A stretch of DNA of 64,000 nt, from positions 124,001-188,000 of the forward strand of contig NGBS01000001.1 in assembly GCA_002245135.1 (NCBI GenBank). The letters run 5' to 3'. Positions 23,301 through 36,600 of this stretch are shown here, one piece after another (position 1 is the first letter of the stretch; the number at the start of each line of letters is the position of its first letter). Origin of the DNA: Proteromonas lacertae (lineage: Eukaryota). The translations under genes and the position numbers were made by a program. The notes beneath the pieces were generated by a model. The model had not been told where the DNA came from. It did no database searches and saw only the letters and a list, made by a program, of their open reading frames with translations.

Positions 23301-26300
23301 TTCAGTGTACAATTTCAATTTCAACGGTAATTGTCCTGTATTTTGAATACCAACATATTTAGCGACTTTTGTTTGAATATGAATTCTACCATAATCCAAG
23401 ATTGCTCTAGAAAATGGAACTGGTTTAATAAATTCTCTTTCATTTTCAGGTATAATAATTGAAGGTAATTTCAATATTCTCCAATCTAAAGTGGCTGTAG
23501 CACCAATACCATCTACAGAAAATATGATTTCTAGGACCATCCCATAAAACTAAAACGAATATTTTATAATTTGGTTCATTACTATTCTCTGATACTTCTT
23601 TTGGACAGAATTCTATTGAAATTGAATTGTTTGTTTTTGGTTCTAAAAATCCATTCGTTTTATCTAATTTGAATATTTGTGTTAATTCATCAGAGAGTGG
23701 ATTATTATCACAATCAACTAATTGTATTTCATATTTAGATGGATAAGTACCTTGATTTTCAACTACAAATACAACATTCTTCTTTGAATGAACTTGAACT
23801 CTGTCAAAATGAATTACATCTTGGTTAAGCACAATTTTTGGTTCACCAATTTCAATCGCAATATGAACACTTTCCATACATTTTGTAACTTTTCCATTTC
23901 CTAATACATCAATGGTAAAGTCAAATAATGCTGGATTATTTCTCTGTATAAACTTCAACGTAATTGGTATTACATCATTAGGTTCTAAATGTGAACTATT
24001 TGGTTGTATTACTATTGTACAATCATCTGGATTAACTGGCTGTTCTGATAGTGTTTCTATTGACATGAATATATGATGTGATATATCCATTTCTACTGGA
24101 ATATTACCTATGTTTTGTATAGTAAATATCTCCGTAACATATGATTCATTTACTTTAATAATACCCAAATCTATACTACTGTCATTAGTTGATGCTGGAT
24201 TGGTTGGAGTGATTAAAAATTCTCCTTTTCCACCAATGAAACGAACAAATCCTGTATAATATTCTCCACCAGTATAATGGAATAACAATTTATAATTATA
24301 TTCCTTTTTATATTCATTGGATTTTAGCTGAAAATTAATCGTCTGTTTTGTTGTACATTTTATATAATTCCTATAATTTGTAACGAATAGATTATTATTA
24401 TTGTTCAATATTTCATTATTATATTCCAACTGTTTTCTTTCTACACTCTTTGTATCTCTCATATTTATATCATTTGCCATTACTTCTAATATTTTATCAG
24501 CTTGATCCTTCAAATCTTCATCACTTATATCTAATCCTAGTACGAAAACATATGCTAAATGAATATTTCCTGTATTAGCTATTGTAACTGAGAATTCTTT
24601 TGTTGTTCCTATTTCTATTATATCATAATCATAATCCAACATTGTTGGGAATGATAATGACGGTATTCCAACCAAGCCATGACAAACTATTTCATATTTT
24701 CCACAATCCCAATCTAATTTTAAACTATCATATAATGTTAATGGCATTGTTGGTTTGTAAATAACATAGATCTTCTGTTGAGAATAAGGTAATATATTAC
24801 CTTCCATTGGTTCTATAGTTATTCCTTTAATGTTATATTCTTCAATATTCCAATCACAATCTGCATCACCATCATTAGTTAGAATTATTTCTATTCTTTT
24901 GGTTAAATTCACAAACGTCAAGCCAAAATCAATATCATTCACATTAATTGTTAGTTTTGGACTACCAAATTTACATTCTATTAATAATGGCTGAATTTGA
25001 TAAGTACCATAAGTTACACCTCTCCATTTAATATTAGTTTCAATAATAGAAGGTAATTCTTGATCTTTCCTATATAATTCAGGTATAAATGTGATTTCTT
25101 CATTTGCATTTTCACCTTTTTCTAATATTCCTTTCTTCTTCAAAGAACCATTGATTGAAAATGGATAGAGTGAATCTAATACGATTTTATATGGCATTGA
25201 CAATAATCCAGAGTTTCTAATTTCTAATATTTTGGGGTATTTTTTCCATGGTTTTATAACCCCAAATGATAAAACATATTTATTATTTTCATGCTTCAAA
25301 TATTCTGATGTTTTTATAGATAATTGTGCACTTGCTCCTAATCCTCTTACTTGTATTATATGTTCAGTAAACTTGTCTTTAAATGAAATAACTCCTGTAT
25401 ATTCTACATTTGGATATTTTGGTAAGAAATAAATAGGTATTTTTATCTGCAAACCACTTGGTATATTCCATTCATTACCAGTAATAGTAAATACATCAGA
25501 TGATATATTATATAACTTTATGATTTGATTCTTACTGCTTGAATTCTGTACTGTCAACATAAATGGTTTTGTATTAAATGATAATGCTGAAGAAGTTGCT
25601 ATAGTTAATGATGGATATGGTCCAAATGAATATTTTACTGGACTAAATACAACTTTTGATAGACAATTACCTTTTAATGATATAGGTAATAGTTTAATTC
25701 TATTCTCTGATGTTATTAATTGTTCAGAATCTAATGATTTAATAACTTCTTCATCTTCTACAGTTTCATAATATAGTTCTAATAAGGATTCGAATTCCAC
25801 TTGTATTTCTGGTTCACATTCTAATGCGATTGTATATGATTCAAATGGATTAAGAGGTTGAAAAATAGACGAATAATCTATTTCAGTTTTGATTAAATCA
25901 ATATTATTATAAATATTCTCATTTCTTTGATAATTATTAATTTCTTCCTCTTTCTTTGTCTTAGTTTTATTAAAACTTTCATCTTCATTTTCATCATCAC
26001 TGTATTCTTCAATTATCTTTTCATATGGCACATAATTAACATTATTATTGTTTTTATTACTCTTATTTAAATGACTTTGATATCCTAACTTAGACAATCT
26101 CAATATTCCTGCCAATCTTTGAGCTGCTATATATCCTCTGTGATGTTGGATTTCTTCTAATATTTCACCATGATTACAATATAAATCATCTTTTACTGCA
26201 TCATCTAATAGTACATTGGTAATTGCTAAGAATAAATTTTGTCTAAGTATTGTCCATCCATTTCGTTTAACTGTCAATGTGGGTGATGTCATTTTGTTTT

Positions 26301-29300
26301 TTATCGTTACACCTTTATATTTGATTTTGATTGGTGTTTGATCTGTCATTTTGATTTGTCGTATTCGTAGTGGATTTGTACCTGTGTTTGTGAAATGTAC
26401 AATTAGTGTATGTTTTGCACCATATTCCATTAGTTGATAATCGTATAGATTATTAACCAAATTACAACATAATTCACTATAACCACCAATACCTTTTACT
26501 TTAATAATAGATGGTTTATTAGCTATTAATAATTCTAAATTCTCTTCTATTAAACCACATCTTGTTGGTGAAAAGGAAATGATTATTTCAATCTCTTGCT
26601 TTGGTCTTATTAGAAACTTTTCTTCATTGATATAAAACGGCTCATTTACATGTAAATTACATGTCACTACATGATTGGATTGGTTTTGAAGTTGATATCT
26701 CATTTCTCTCGATTTACCAACACTTATTATACCAAAATTGATATTACCAGTTGGAAGACCAAATATTTGATTAGAAAAAGCTGTTGCTTTTAATATCCAC
26801 TTCTTCTTATAAACAATTTTATTATTATCATCATTTCTACATACACAAGTCAAATAATCACTATATTTACCATTCATAAATGCATTAAACTGTATTTTTG
26901 TCTTTATTTTCTCACCAGCTTTAACAATACCATTATCATTATCATATATCACAAATGAAGACACTAAATCACTATCAGTATGAAGAATCTTAAATTGATA
27001 TTTCAACTGTATATTTGACTGATTAATTACTTGAATTATCTTCATTGATTTCTCTTCATCATCGATATTACATAATCCAAAATCAACTGTATTTTTTGGA
27101 GTAAAGTCAATATTTATCTTTGGCATTATTGTTATTGGAATTACTTGTTTTTCTCCATTTTCTCTTTCTATTTCTATAAACTCATGGATTTCATTTTGAT
27201 TGTCATTTTCTAAGTTTGTTTCTATGGTTAATTCAATGTTTCCTGTTTCTTTATTGAGTATTTTATCTATTTTGATGTTTTTATTTTCGGATTTTATTTT
27301 TATTTTTGATAAATCAGGTGATGATTCTCCTGTTATTGATTTTAATGTGATTGTTTTCATTACCTTTTTGTTTGTTGATTTTTTCTTTTCCTTTTCTTTT
27401 TTATTCTTTTCTTTTTTGGTTTTTGTTGTTGTTGCATCTTCATTAGTTAATTTATCTTCTTCATTTTTATTTGTGTTGTTATTTTCAAATTCATTAAATC
27501 TCTCATTATCACTATTTTCATCATTCTTTTTATTCTTACTCTTCCTTTTAATACCATTCTCATCTATATTTTCCTTGTCTACATCCTTATATCCATTCTG
27601 ATTCTCATTCATATTCTCTTCATTATCACTTTCTTCTTCTTCTTCATAATCATAGTCATCATCATTATCTTCATCTTCATTACCATTTCCACTATCATCT
27701 AACAATATACCTCCACTCACTATCTCATTACCATCATCATCTACTTCAGATATTAAGAAATCTGTTGGTTTCATTGATGGTATAAACAACGGAATATTAT
27801 CACCATTACTAGATAATTGTTGCGGGAATGGATTAAATGGTTCATCTCTATCTTTAGGTACATTCACACCATTAGATTCTTCTTTAAGCTGTAGTGGTGG
27901 ATGAGGAACAAGCGCAGTTGATGATAATGATGCTGTATCTGATGAAGATGGAGCACTATTTACTCTGTTATTATTACTACTAACATTAGACTGTTGTATT
28001 TGCTGTATATTCTTACTATTAATATTATCATTATAACAATTACCACAAAACTCAATTGTATTTACTGGAAATTTATCACATAACAATTCATTAGGATTTA
28101 CTATTAATATCTGTAATTTCATAGAATGTTCTCCAATATCAGTAGGGTAAAATGTTACAATAAATTGCATTGATTTATTTGGTTTTAATGATTGTAAATG
28201 ATCTTGACCAACTCCAGTACTTACTAAAAACTGATTTGATTCAATATCAACAAAGAAATCGATATTATAAGATGATTTATTATATAAAGTAGTAGATAAT
28301 GGATAATAATCACTTAATTTAGTTGATGGAAACTTGGTAATTGACTGTAAATTACATTGAATTGGATTACCTATATAACCATAACATAATATTGGTTGTT
28401 GGCTGAATTGAGATGATTTTATATAGATAATATCTTCAAATCCTCCTTGTGGTTTTTTCTATTTAAATAATAATAATAATAATAAATATGTAAATATATA
28501 CTTCATATAGTAATTCTATTGATATTTCAACAGTTGATTGTTTTGGTACAATAACCGACTCTACAAAATCATAATCTTTGGATATAGAAAATATCCACAA
28601 TGTCATATCAATATTACTTCTATTGGTAAATGGAAATATCTCTATTAAATCATCTTCTACTGTCTCTGGATTAATAATACCAAAATCTATTGAATAGGAT
28701 GGTTTTATATCAGTAATTGGTTGATAAGAGAGATTATCTTCATCATTTTCATTCATTTCTTCTCCATCTTCCTCTTCATTATCATTTTCTTCATCTTCGT
28801 TTTCTTCATCATAAAAACTATCTGAATAATTTGAACAGAAACTACTTCTCACTGTTGGTCTTACAGAATCAAGTGGTGTAGATGGTGAAACAATATTCAT
28901 CTTTGATTCATTAATCTTCAATGGTGTTGTAATACCAGTATTAAGTGTATTTGTATTAGCTGTATTAATAAATGAAATATTAGTTGGCAAATATGTCAAA
29001 TTACTTGGTTCAATCTTATTAGGAATAATGTTATATTTTGGAGATGTATTACCATTCTCTTCAATATCTTCTTCATTAAAATCAAATGATCTTGGTGTAG
29101 ATGGAGTTGTACAATTTGAAAATATACTTCTTCTTTTACCTTTCTTACCTAATACAGATATTCTTCGTGGAGTTGGTTTAAGATTGAGTAATTTCCTAGA
29201 TGACGTAGTAGAACCACTATTCATTTGTTTCGCTTTACTATTCATTCTTCTTACGGATTGATTTGGTGTAAATGCTCTTGAACGAGGTGTATGTATATGA

Positions 29301-32300
29301 GATAGTCTTAATTTACTATTTCTTTTACTACCTTTTCTTCTATTAGTTCTATTCTTTATGTTACTATTACGTTTTCTATGCCTTGGAGTATTTGCTTCTG
29401 AATTTATATCACTTTCATCAGTTTCTTCATCATCATCATCATTATCATCATCTCCTTTTTCTCCTTTACTTTTCCTTGGTTTTATTTCCTTCTTCAATCT
29501 TGATACGACTGTTTTATGAACTAATTTCTTTGATTTCTTTTTCTTTTTGTTATTCTTTTTACCAATATCAAATAGACTACCACAAATTGCTGTTATTGTT
29601 AAGACATATACTTCATCAAAACATTTAATCTGAATTTCATTATCATAATTACCTTTCTATTTGAATATATATTATAAAATATTAAATATTTATACTTTTA
29701 ATGGTAAATATGACATTTTTATATTCTTTGTTTCTTCTGATGATATTATCATTTCAGAATTATAGAAATCCATTACAGTCTGACCTTCATAATTAATCGG
29801 TTTAACTTCCATAGATAATGAAGCATTATTAAAGTTATAATTTTCAATGGAAATACTGAATGTATTTTCCATATTTGGTTCACTAATAATTGTTCCTTTT
29901 TCTGGTATTTTAATGTTTAATGAAGGACCTTTATAACATTTAATTGGTATTTTTAATAATTTTTCACCTTTGGTTGAATATATATTAACATTACCTTCAA
30001 CAATATGTGATTTATCACTTACATTCTATTCATATAATAATATTAAAATGATAATATATATACATATGGATTATATTTAACATCAATATTATGTATTTCA
30101 GTTCCACTCTTTACTTCAATAATTAATGGATCAATTGAGAAAATAGATGTTGGTGTAACTGTAATAATACAGCTTTGTATTGGAATTGTGGTTGATGATG
30201 ATATTTCTATTGATTTTGTTTGTTCAGTCATAGTATTGTCGAATGTGATACATTCATTGATATACTCTAATTTTAGATCATTGTCATCTTCTGTTAAATT
30301 GATAATTTCATCTTTTCTTTCAATATAATTACCCATCTATAATATATTAATATATATAGCAATTAATATACAGTATCATATAATTCTTCATAGTCATTTT
30401 CTATCAGTTCTTTTAATGGTTCACTATTCTGTATAACTTCACCATCTTTATTCCTTTTATCACTCTCATTCTCAACCTTTTGAATTGATTCAATTACTAA
30501 TGGTATTGTATCATTACTGGGAGTAACTTTAACAATATCATTTACAATCTAATAGACATATAAATATGATAATCATTATACTGCTGTTACTTCATATAAT
30601 AGATTCATCTTTGTATCATGTATCTTATTAGCTTGACTGAATCTTTCATTTATTTCTTTTGTTAGTGTATTTGTACCTGGTAAATATTCTACTTCACATT
30701 TCAAAAACTCAGCTGCTTTCTCCTTCAATTCATAAGATATTGATTCATCTTTAAATAATGATGTAATTAAGAATAAATTATCAAGAAATGATCTTTCTAA
30801 TTGTTTCTATATTCACAATAAAATATATAACAATATTGATACTTTCATTTCATCTCCTGGTTTAATACTTTGATATTGTAATCTGATTCTATGACAATCT
30901 TGAAGTAAATCATTCACTATTATTTCACTATGAATGAATTAATTATGTTATTATACTTTGTAAGATTATCATCATATAAATGAGTAGTAAAATATGCTTC
31001 ACTTTCTAATATAAATTGATAATTGTAATATGGTACTCCAGTATAGGAATAACCACTTGGAGTTGGTAAATTTGTATCTTTTGGAATAAAGAATGGAATT
31101 CCTTTACGATTAAAACCAGCAAATTGTAATGGAGTGGTAGTTTCTACAGAATTTTCTGAATTTGATTGGTTATTATTATTTACATTATACATTGATGGAA
31201 TTGGTTGAATATTTGGTAATTTACCATACCATGCAATACCATCATCATCTTACACAATATAATTAAAGAAATATAAATATAAATAAAAGAATATGATAAT
31301 AATAAAAAAAAGATATATAATAATCTGGTTTAAGATTAACATTAGTAGGAGGCATATACACAACAGTATCATCATTATATTTACCACAACCCATTGAATG
31401 TTTAATAGGAGGAATATACTTAGGTATAACAATATCATTCACTTTGTTAATTATTTCATTAATCAATATTGTTACTGTATAATACTTACCATCATTCTCT
31501 TTAATTTTGAGATATAAAACATCACCATTATGTAAATCATTGAATTTATCAATCTCTAAATGAGTATCTTCATCGCATTGATAGATTGATAAGATAATTC
31601 CATTAATTTCGTATATTTCATTAGTTTTAATAGATATATATATTGGATTATTAATCATAAAATCATGAATGGTGTTTATATGATTTACATTTGGTCTGTA
31701 TGGAGATAATAATGGTTGAGTAGATGTTGTATAATCATCATTTATCTCATCTCCCATTACTATTGGTTCATTCCATATTCCAGTTGGTTTGATTGGATAA
31801 TTATAATACTCAAACGGTTTGGTGGAATAACCATTTGGAATATTCTGGAATATTCCATTATTGGGTAAATTATAATCATTTTGATTCATTGTTTTTTGTG
31901 TTTGAACATTATTATAGGTTTGATTTTGAATATTTTCACATTCAGGAAGTGGAATATAACCAATATTCATCATTGATGATAAACATTTCAATTTCTTATT
32001 CTTATTCCTCACTATCATTGCTGATGAATAATCCTTAAATAGAACAGGAGGAATAGTAGTACAAGATTCTGGAACTCCACCAATTGGAGGATTTGGTAAT
32101 GAAATGAATATATTTTCATCTATTAACACAATAATAACAATTATAATAAATACAATATCCACTAATTGATAGTATAATTTCGTTTGTATAATCCATATCA
32201 ATTGTAGTTGATTTATAATTGATATTTCCATTAGAATTCTCATTATCAAGTGGAGTTAATACGGCATTAGGAGTATCAATATATCTCAACTGCTTATATA

Positions 32301-33524
32301 ATTTATACTTATCTAAAGCTTCTACTTTTAATTGATATGATTTCAATTCTAATTTCTATATAGCATAATAATAATAATAATATAATATACTTCTATTTCA
32401 TCTTGATATTTCTGTATCAATTGACAATGTTCTGATATTAATTTCAATCCATTTAACAGTGATTCAGTCATATTGAGTGTCTGTATTATGTAATATTTAT
32501 TCTGAGATACTTCAATATGATGAGATATAAATAATAATGCCTAAATATAATAATAATATTAATCATATACTTCTGATGACAGTTCTTTGTTATCTGATTT
32601 AACATATTCTTTGATTGTACTCATAAATATATCACTTATATTTGTTTCATCAATAAACAATTGATTTATTAACTAGAATATTAATAAATTCAAAACTAAG
32701 AAATATATACTTTTAATATCATCACTTTAATCCTTTCAGTTTCTATCTCATTTGATTCTAATATTTCAGTGAATATATAATATATTAAGTCATTATTATT
32801 CTCTATCTTTGGTACTATTGAATTATGAAATTGACATAAACAATATAACAGAAATCCTCTTTCCATTATAAAAGATGTAATCTATTATTAATATATTTAT
32901 ATATTTATACGTTATTTTCTCTGTTAAACAACCATATTACTTCTTTTAATATGATATCATACACATTTAGTATAAATGACTCTTCTAATGGTATTGGTTC
33001 TAGTGTATTATCTTTCATTTTCTTAGTTGTTTCTATCGCTATTAATGAACCTAATGAATAACATGCTAAACACCTTGATTTTAAATAATTCTAATTAATT
33101 AAAATATGTAAAGGTTTATACATCATTTCTGATTATATTAACCAATGTATTTATTAATGAGATAATTATAGTTGGATCATCAACTGAATAAGGGAATAAA
33201 GAGATATATTTTGAAACTTCATGTAATAAGAAATATCTCAGAGTGGGTTCTTCTGAATTTAGGTGCTTTGAAAGAAATTTCCAACATATTGAATAGAAAC
33301 TTCTCTTTGCAATTGTGAAAGGGAATGAAATGTAGTTAGATAGCTATTCAAATATAAATCCAAAAATATTTACTTACCTGTTTGGAAAAGTAAAATATCT
33401 CTGATAATGTCAAAGTCGGATCATCTAGAAGAGGACTTTGTAAGAACAACTCCACTTCTCGAACAATAGACTCATTATCGCCTGTTCTAACTAATCAATA
33501 TATTTTTATCCAATATATACTCAT
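17323..33524 (-). CDS. Giant (~5000 aa) protein: N-terminal ARM/HEAT-like region, PxG(Y/F)xxxGxP(Y/F)(Y/F) repeats and many ASH/PapD-like Ig domains (HYDIN/CFAP47-like architecture); >25 introns, one apparent frameshift near 23535
   Basis: Recurrent (I/V)DFG...(I/L)xNxG/S...F..P..G.I.P...I.V.F.P units across ORFs 18096-30336. Exons can be chained from ATG 33524 (MIRTGDNESIVREVELFLQSP) to TAA 17323 using GT-AG introns plus two AT-initiated introns. Confidence 0.72.
18466..18517 (-). other. U12-type AT-AC intron (52 nt) in the ASH-repeat gene
   Basis: ATATCATTTT..TTCTTTAAT-tcagtttttctAC; phase 2; splicing gives DTMK-I-SLDGKAVKPK in frame with ORF 18389. Confidence 0.78.
31250..31316 (-). other. 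U12-type AT-AA intron (67 nt) in the ASH-repeat gene
   Basis: ATATCTTTTT..TTCTTTAAT-tatattgtgtAA|G; phase 0; gives KPDYY|DDDGIAWYG in frame with ORF 31192. Confidence 0.72.
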
Positions 33525-33690
33525 AGATGACTCTTAAAAAACAAAAATAATGATTCTTTAAAAACAGTTTGAGTCAAGCTAAAGCTTGTTTATTATTTTC
33601 TTTATATCTCACCAATTATTACTTCAATACCAATAAAAACATATAGAAAATCTTATATAAGAATTAGGTTATAATTAGATGTGAAATATT

Positions 33691-36600
33691 TTACATTAAA
33701 ACCATAATTACCATAATCACCATTAAAATACTCATACAAACAGTTGTACTTTCATTCTTTTTACTTTTACTGACAGAATTATTGTTAGTTTTACTATTTA
33801 CTGCTGAATTTGATACTGATGGATTATCAACAACTTCATTCCTAGATCCACTTGGATTTGGATTAATAATCTCTATATCTTCAATGGCAAATACCTGTGA
33901 TTTATATTCATCAGTATATTCATTATTTTTAATTGATTCTATAATTTGACTTTTTTTATTAGATATTGTCAATTGAACTGATGTAGGTTTTAACGTATAA
34001 ATATAAGCATATATGTAATTAGATCCATCAAGTATACGAGATTTAGTTCCTATAGGTCTTATTGAATCGAGCAAAATGATTGTATCTGTTGTTGTAATAA
34101 CACTTTGAATTCCTTTTACTAAACCTAAATAACTCTTTGAATTAGATAAATCAACAGGTTCAATAAATGTGAAGGGTAAAACAATAAGAGTTTTATCAAC
34201 TGAAGTGCCTATTACTTTTGATTTTGATACACAATAACTAGTAGAAACATGATTCCATTCACCATATGGTATTGGTTCAGGTGTTGGTGTTATTTCATCA
34301 CATCTTCTTTGAATATGATATTTCTGGTTCTTTCCACTACATTTTATATATCCATAATTATTAATAGCTGTCTGAGGCCAAAGACCATCTTGTGGACATG
34401 ATGTTACTGTTGATTCAATTATAATCTTTACACTTGATTCTCCATTTTCATTCTTCACAGTTATTGCACATTCTTGATATTTCTTTTCTTTTGGAATTCC
34501 ATATATTAAACCACTCTTTGAATCATACTTCAAACCATTAGGTAGTTCTTCTGGTGATATAGTTATTGATGTTGGATTTCCAGTCATCTTGTAAGGTTTA
34601 ATTGATACATTTACATAATCAATAATCACTTGATAATAACTATCCAGATATATTAATGATGGTTTTGGTTGTTTGCATTCTCCATATTCATCTCCTAGTT
34701 TTGGATTCTCTTTTTCTATTGGGCAATCTCTAATTAAAACACCTTCTAAATCACCTGAACATGGCTTCGTTGATTGAAATCCTATTGGAACAGATTCATA
34801 ACCATTATCAGCTGGACAATAAACCATTTTAATAGAAATTGTTAAACTAAATGTCAGAGATGTATAATCACCATTTACTGCCGCAATTTTTATTGTCTTT
34901 GCATCTGATGGTACATATGCACTGACGGCTAATTCACCAGTTGAAGGATCTAATTCAATACCAAGTGGCAATATACCTTCTATTATCTTCACTTCTTTGA
35001 CTGGTCCTAACAATTGAGGTGTATAAAAATCATCATAATAAACAATAAATTCTACTGATGAAGCTGGATACACAATACCTGGTATTTCAGAATCGCAATT
35101 CATTTCTATATTTCCCCATTCTGCTATTTTATCATCTTTTGAAGAAGCAATACATTTACCTTTAGTTGTTCCTGAATATCCATATGGACATTCAAACACC
35201 ACTTCAGTTGATTCATTAGCTATTGGCCAATCAAAACCATAATATAATGCTTTACCACATTGAACTTGAGTTATTGACAATTTCAATGTAGCTACTTTAA
35301 TTACATCATCTTCAGCTTGTATTATTACTGTTATATATTTTCCAAAATACTCTTCTGACTTAACAACACCAACAATTGCTCCTTTTTCAACCCTAAGTCC
35401 TTCTGGTAATTCTCCTTTTATAACAGTAAATACTGTAAAATCTTCTCTACCTACAAATGTTGGTTTGATGTTTGTTTCTCTTCCAATATAAACTAACACT
35501 GCTGTATCATTATACTCAAATTTACTTGGTGATAACTCATGACAGTAATTCACTGGAGATGACCAAGATGGTGTATTAGAATCAGAACATTTATATTCAA
35601 TATAACCATATAATCCATCACTACATGTTAAATGATAAGTTGTATTCTTTGGACTTTCAGGAACTCCTACTCCTAAAGCAGGACATGTTTGTTCATTAAC
35701 AGTAATAGTGATTTCTGTAGATATTCTTTCTGTAGCAATATTTCCATAAACAGTAAATTTGTATTGTCCTTTACTTCCTTTTAGTGGCATACCATAAACA
35801 CTTCCATTTACTGCAGATATATACACTCCTGGAATAGTGATTTGTGGTGTTGTTGAAAAATAATCAACTGATCCACCTTCAAGAGTTAAATCATATACAC
35901 TATATGCATCAGTATAAAAGACTAAACTATCCTTATATTCCATCTTCTTTGGTCTTTCTTTCAAAACTGTAAATGAAAGAATAGTCTTTGATTCATCTCT
36001 TTCATTGCTGAATGTGAGAATGGTTTGAAAATGTCCAGGTATTGTTGGAATACCAGTAATATCATATGATTCTGGATTAATGGATAAACCGATTGGTAGA
36101 TTAACAACATCATATTTAGTAATTGCTGATGCATCTCTTATTGCTGTAATATTCACATATTCACTTTGATATAATGTAAATGAGGAAGATCCATAAGCAA
36201 CATTTGGTAATAAATAAGTACAAAATCCTTTATTAATCATACCCCATTGTGGATTTGTACCACTACCACATTCTCTTGATTCTATACCACTATAACCTAC
36301 ACCACATTCTTTATAGACAATTTTACCAGCAATTGTTTCTTCATATCCATTTTCAGGATCAGCTGGACACTTTGGCATTATTATAATGAATGAAATATTA
36401 GTAAACATACTTCTTTCATCTCTTGCTTCTATTTCTACTATTCTCACTTCTGGAACATCTTCAGCTGGAATACCGCTTATTTTACCTGTTCTCTCATTCA
36501 GTGATAAACCAGTTGGTAGTTTATTTTTTGATATATAAAATCTAGTACTTTCTTGACCTTCAAAAACAGGGAAAATTGGATTAATCAATTCAGCTCCTCT

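Noticed and set aside
23531..23537. 7-nt GT-AG micro-intron fixing the frameshift
   Set aside because: Too short for known spliceosomal introns; an assembly indel is more plausible.
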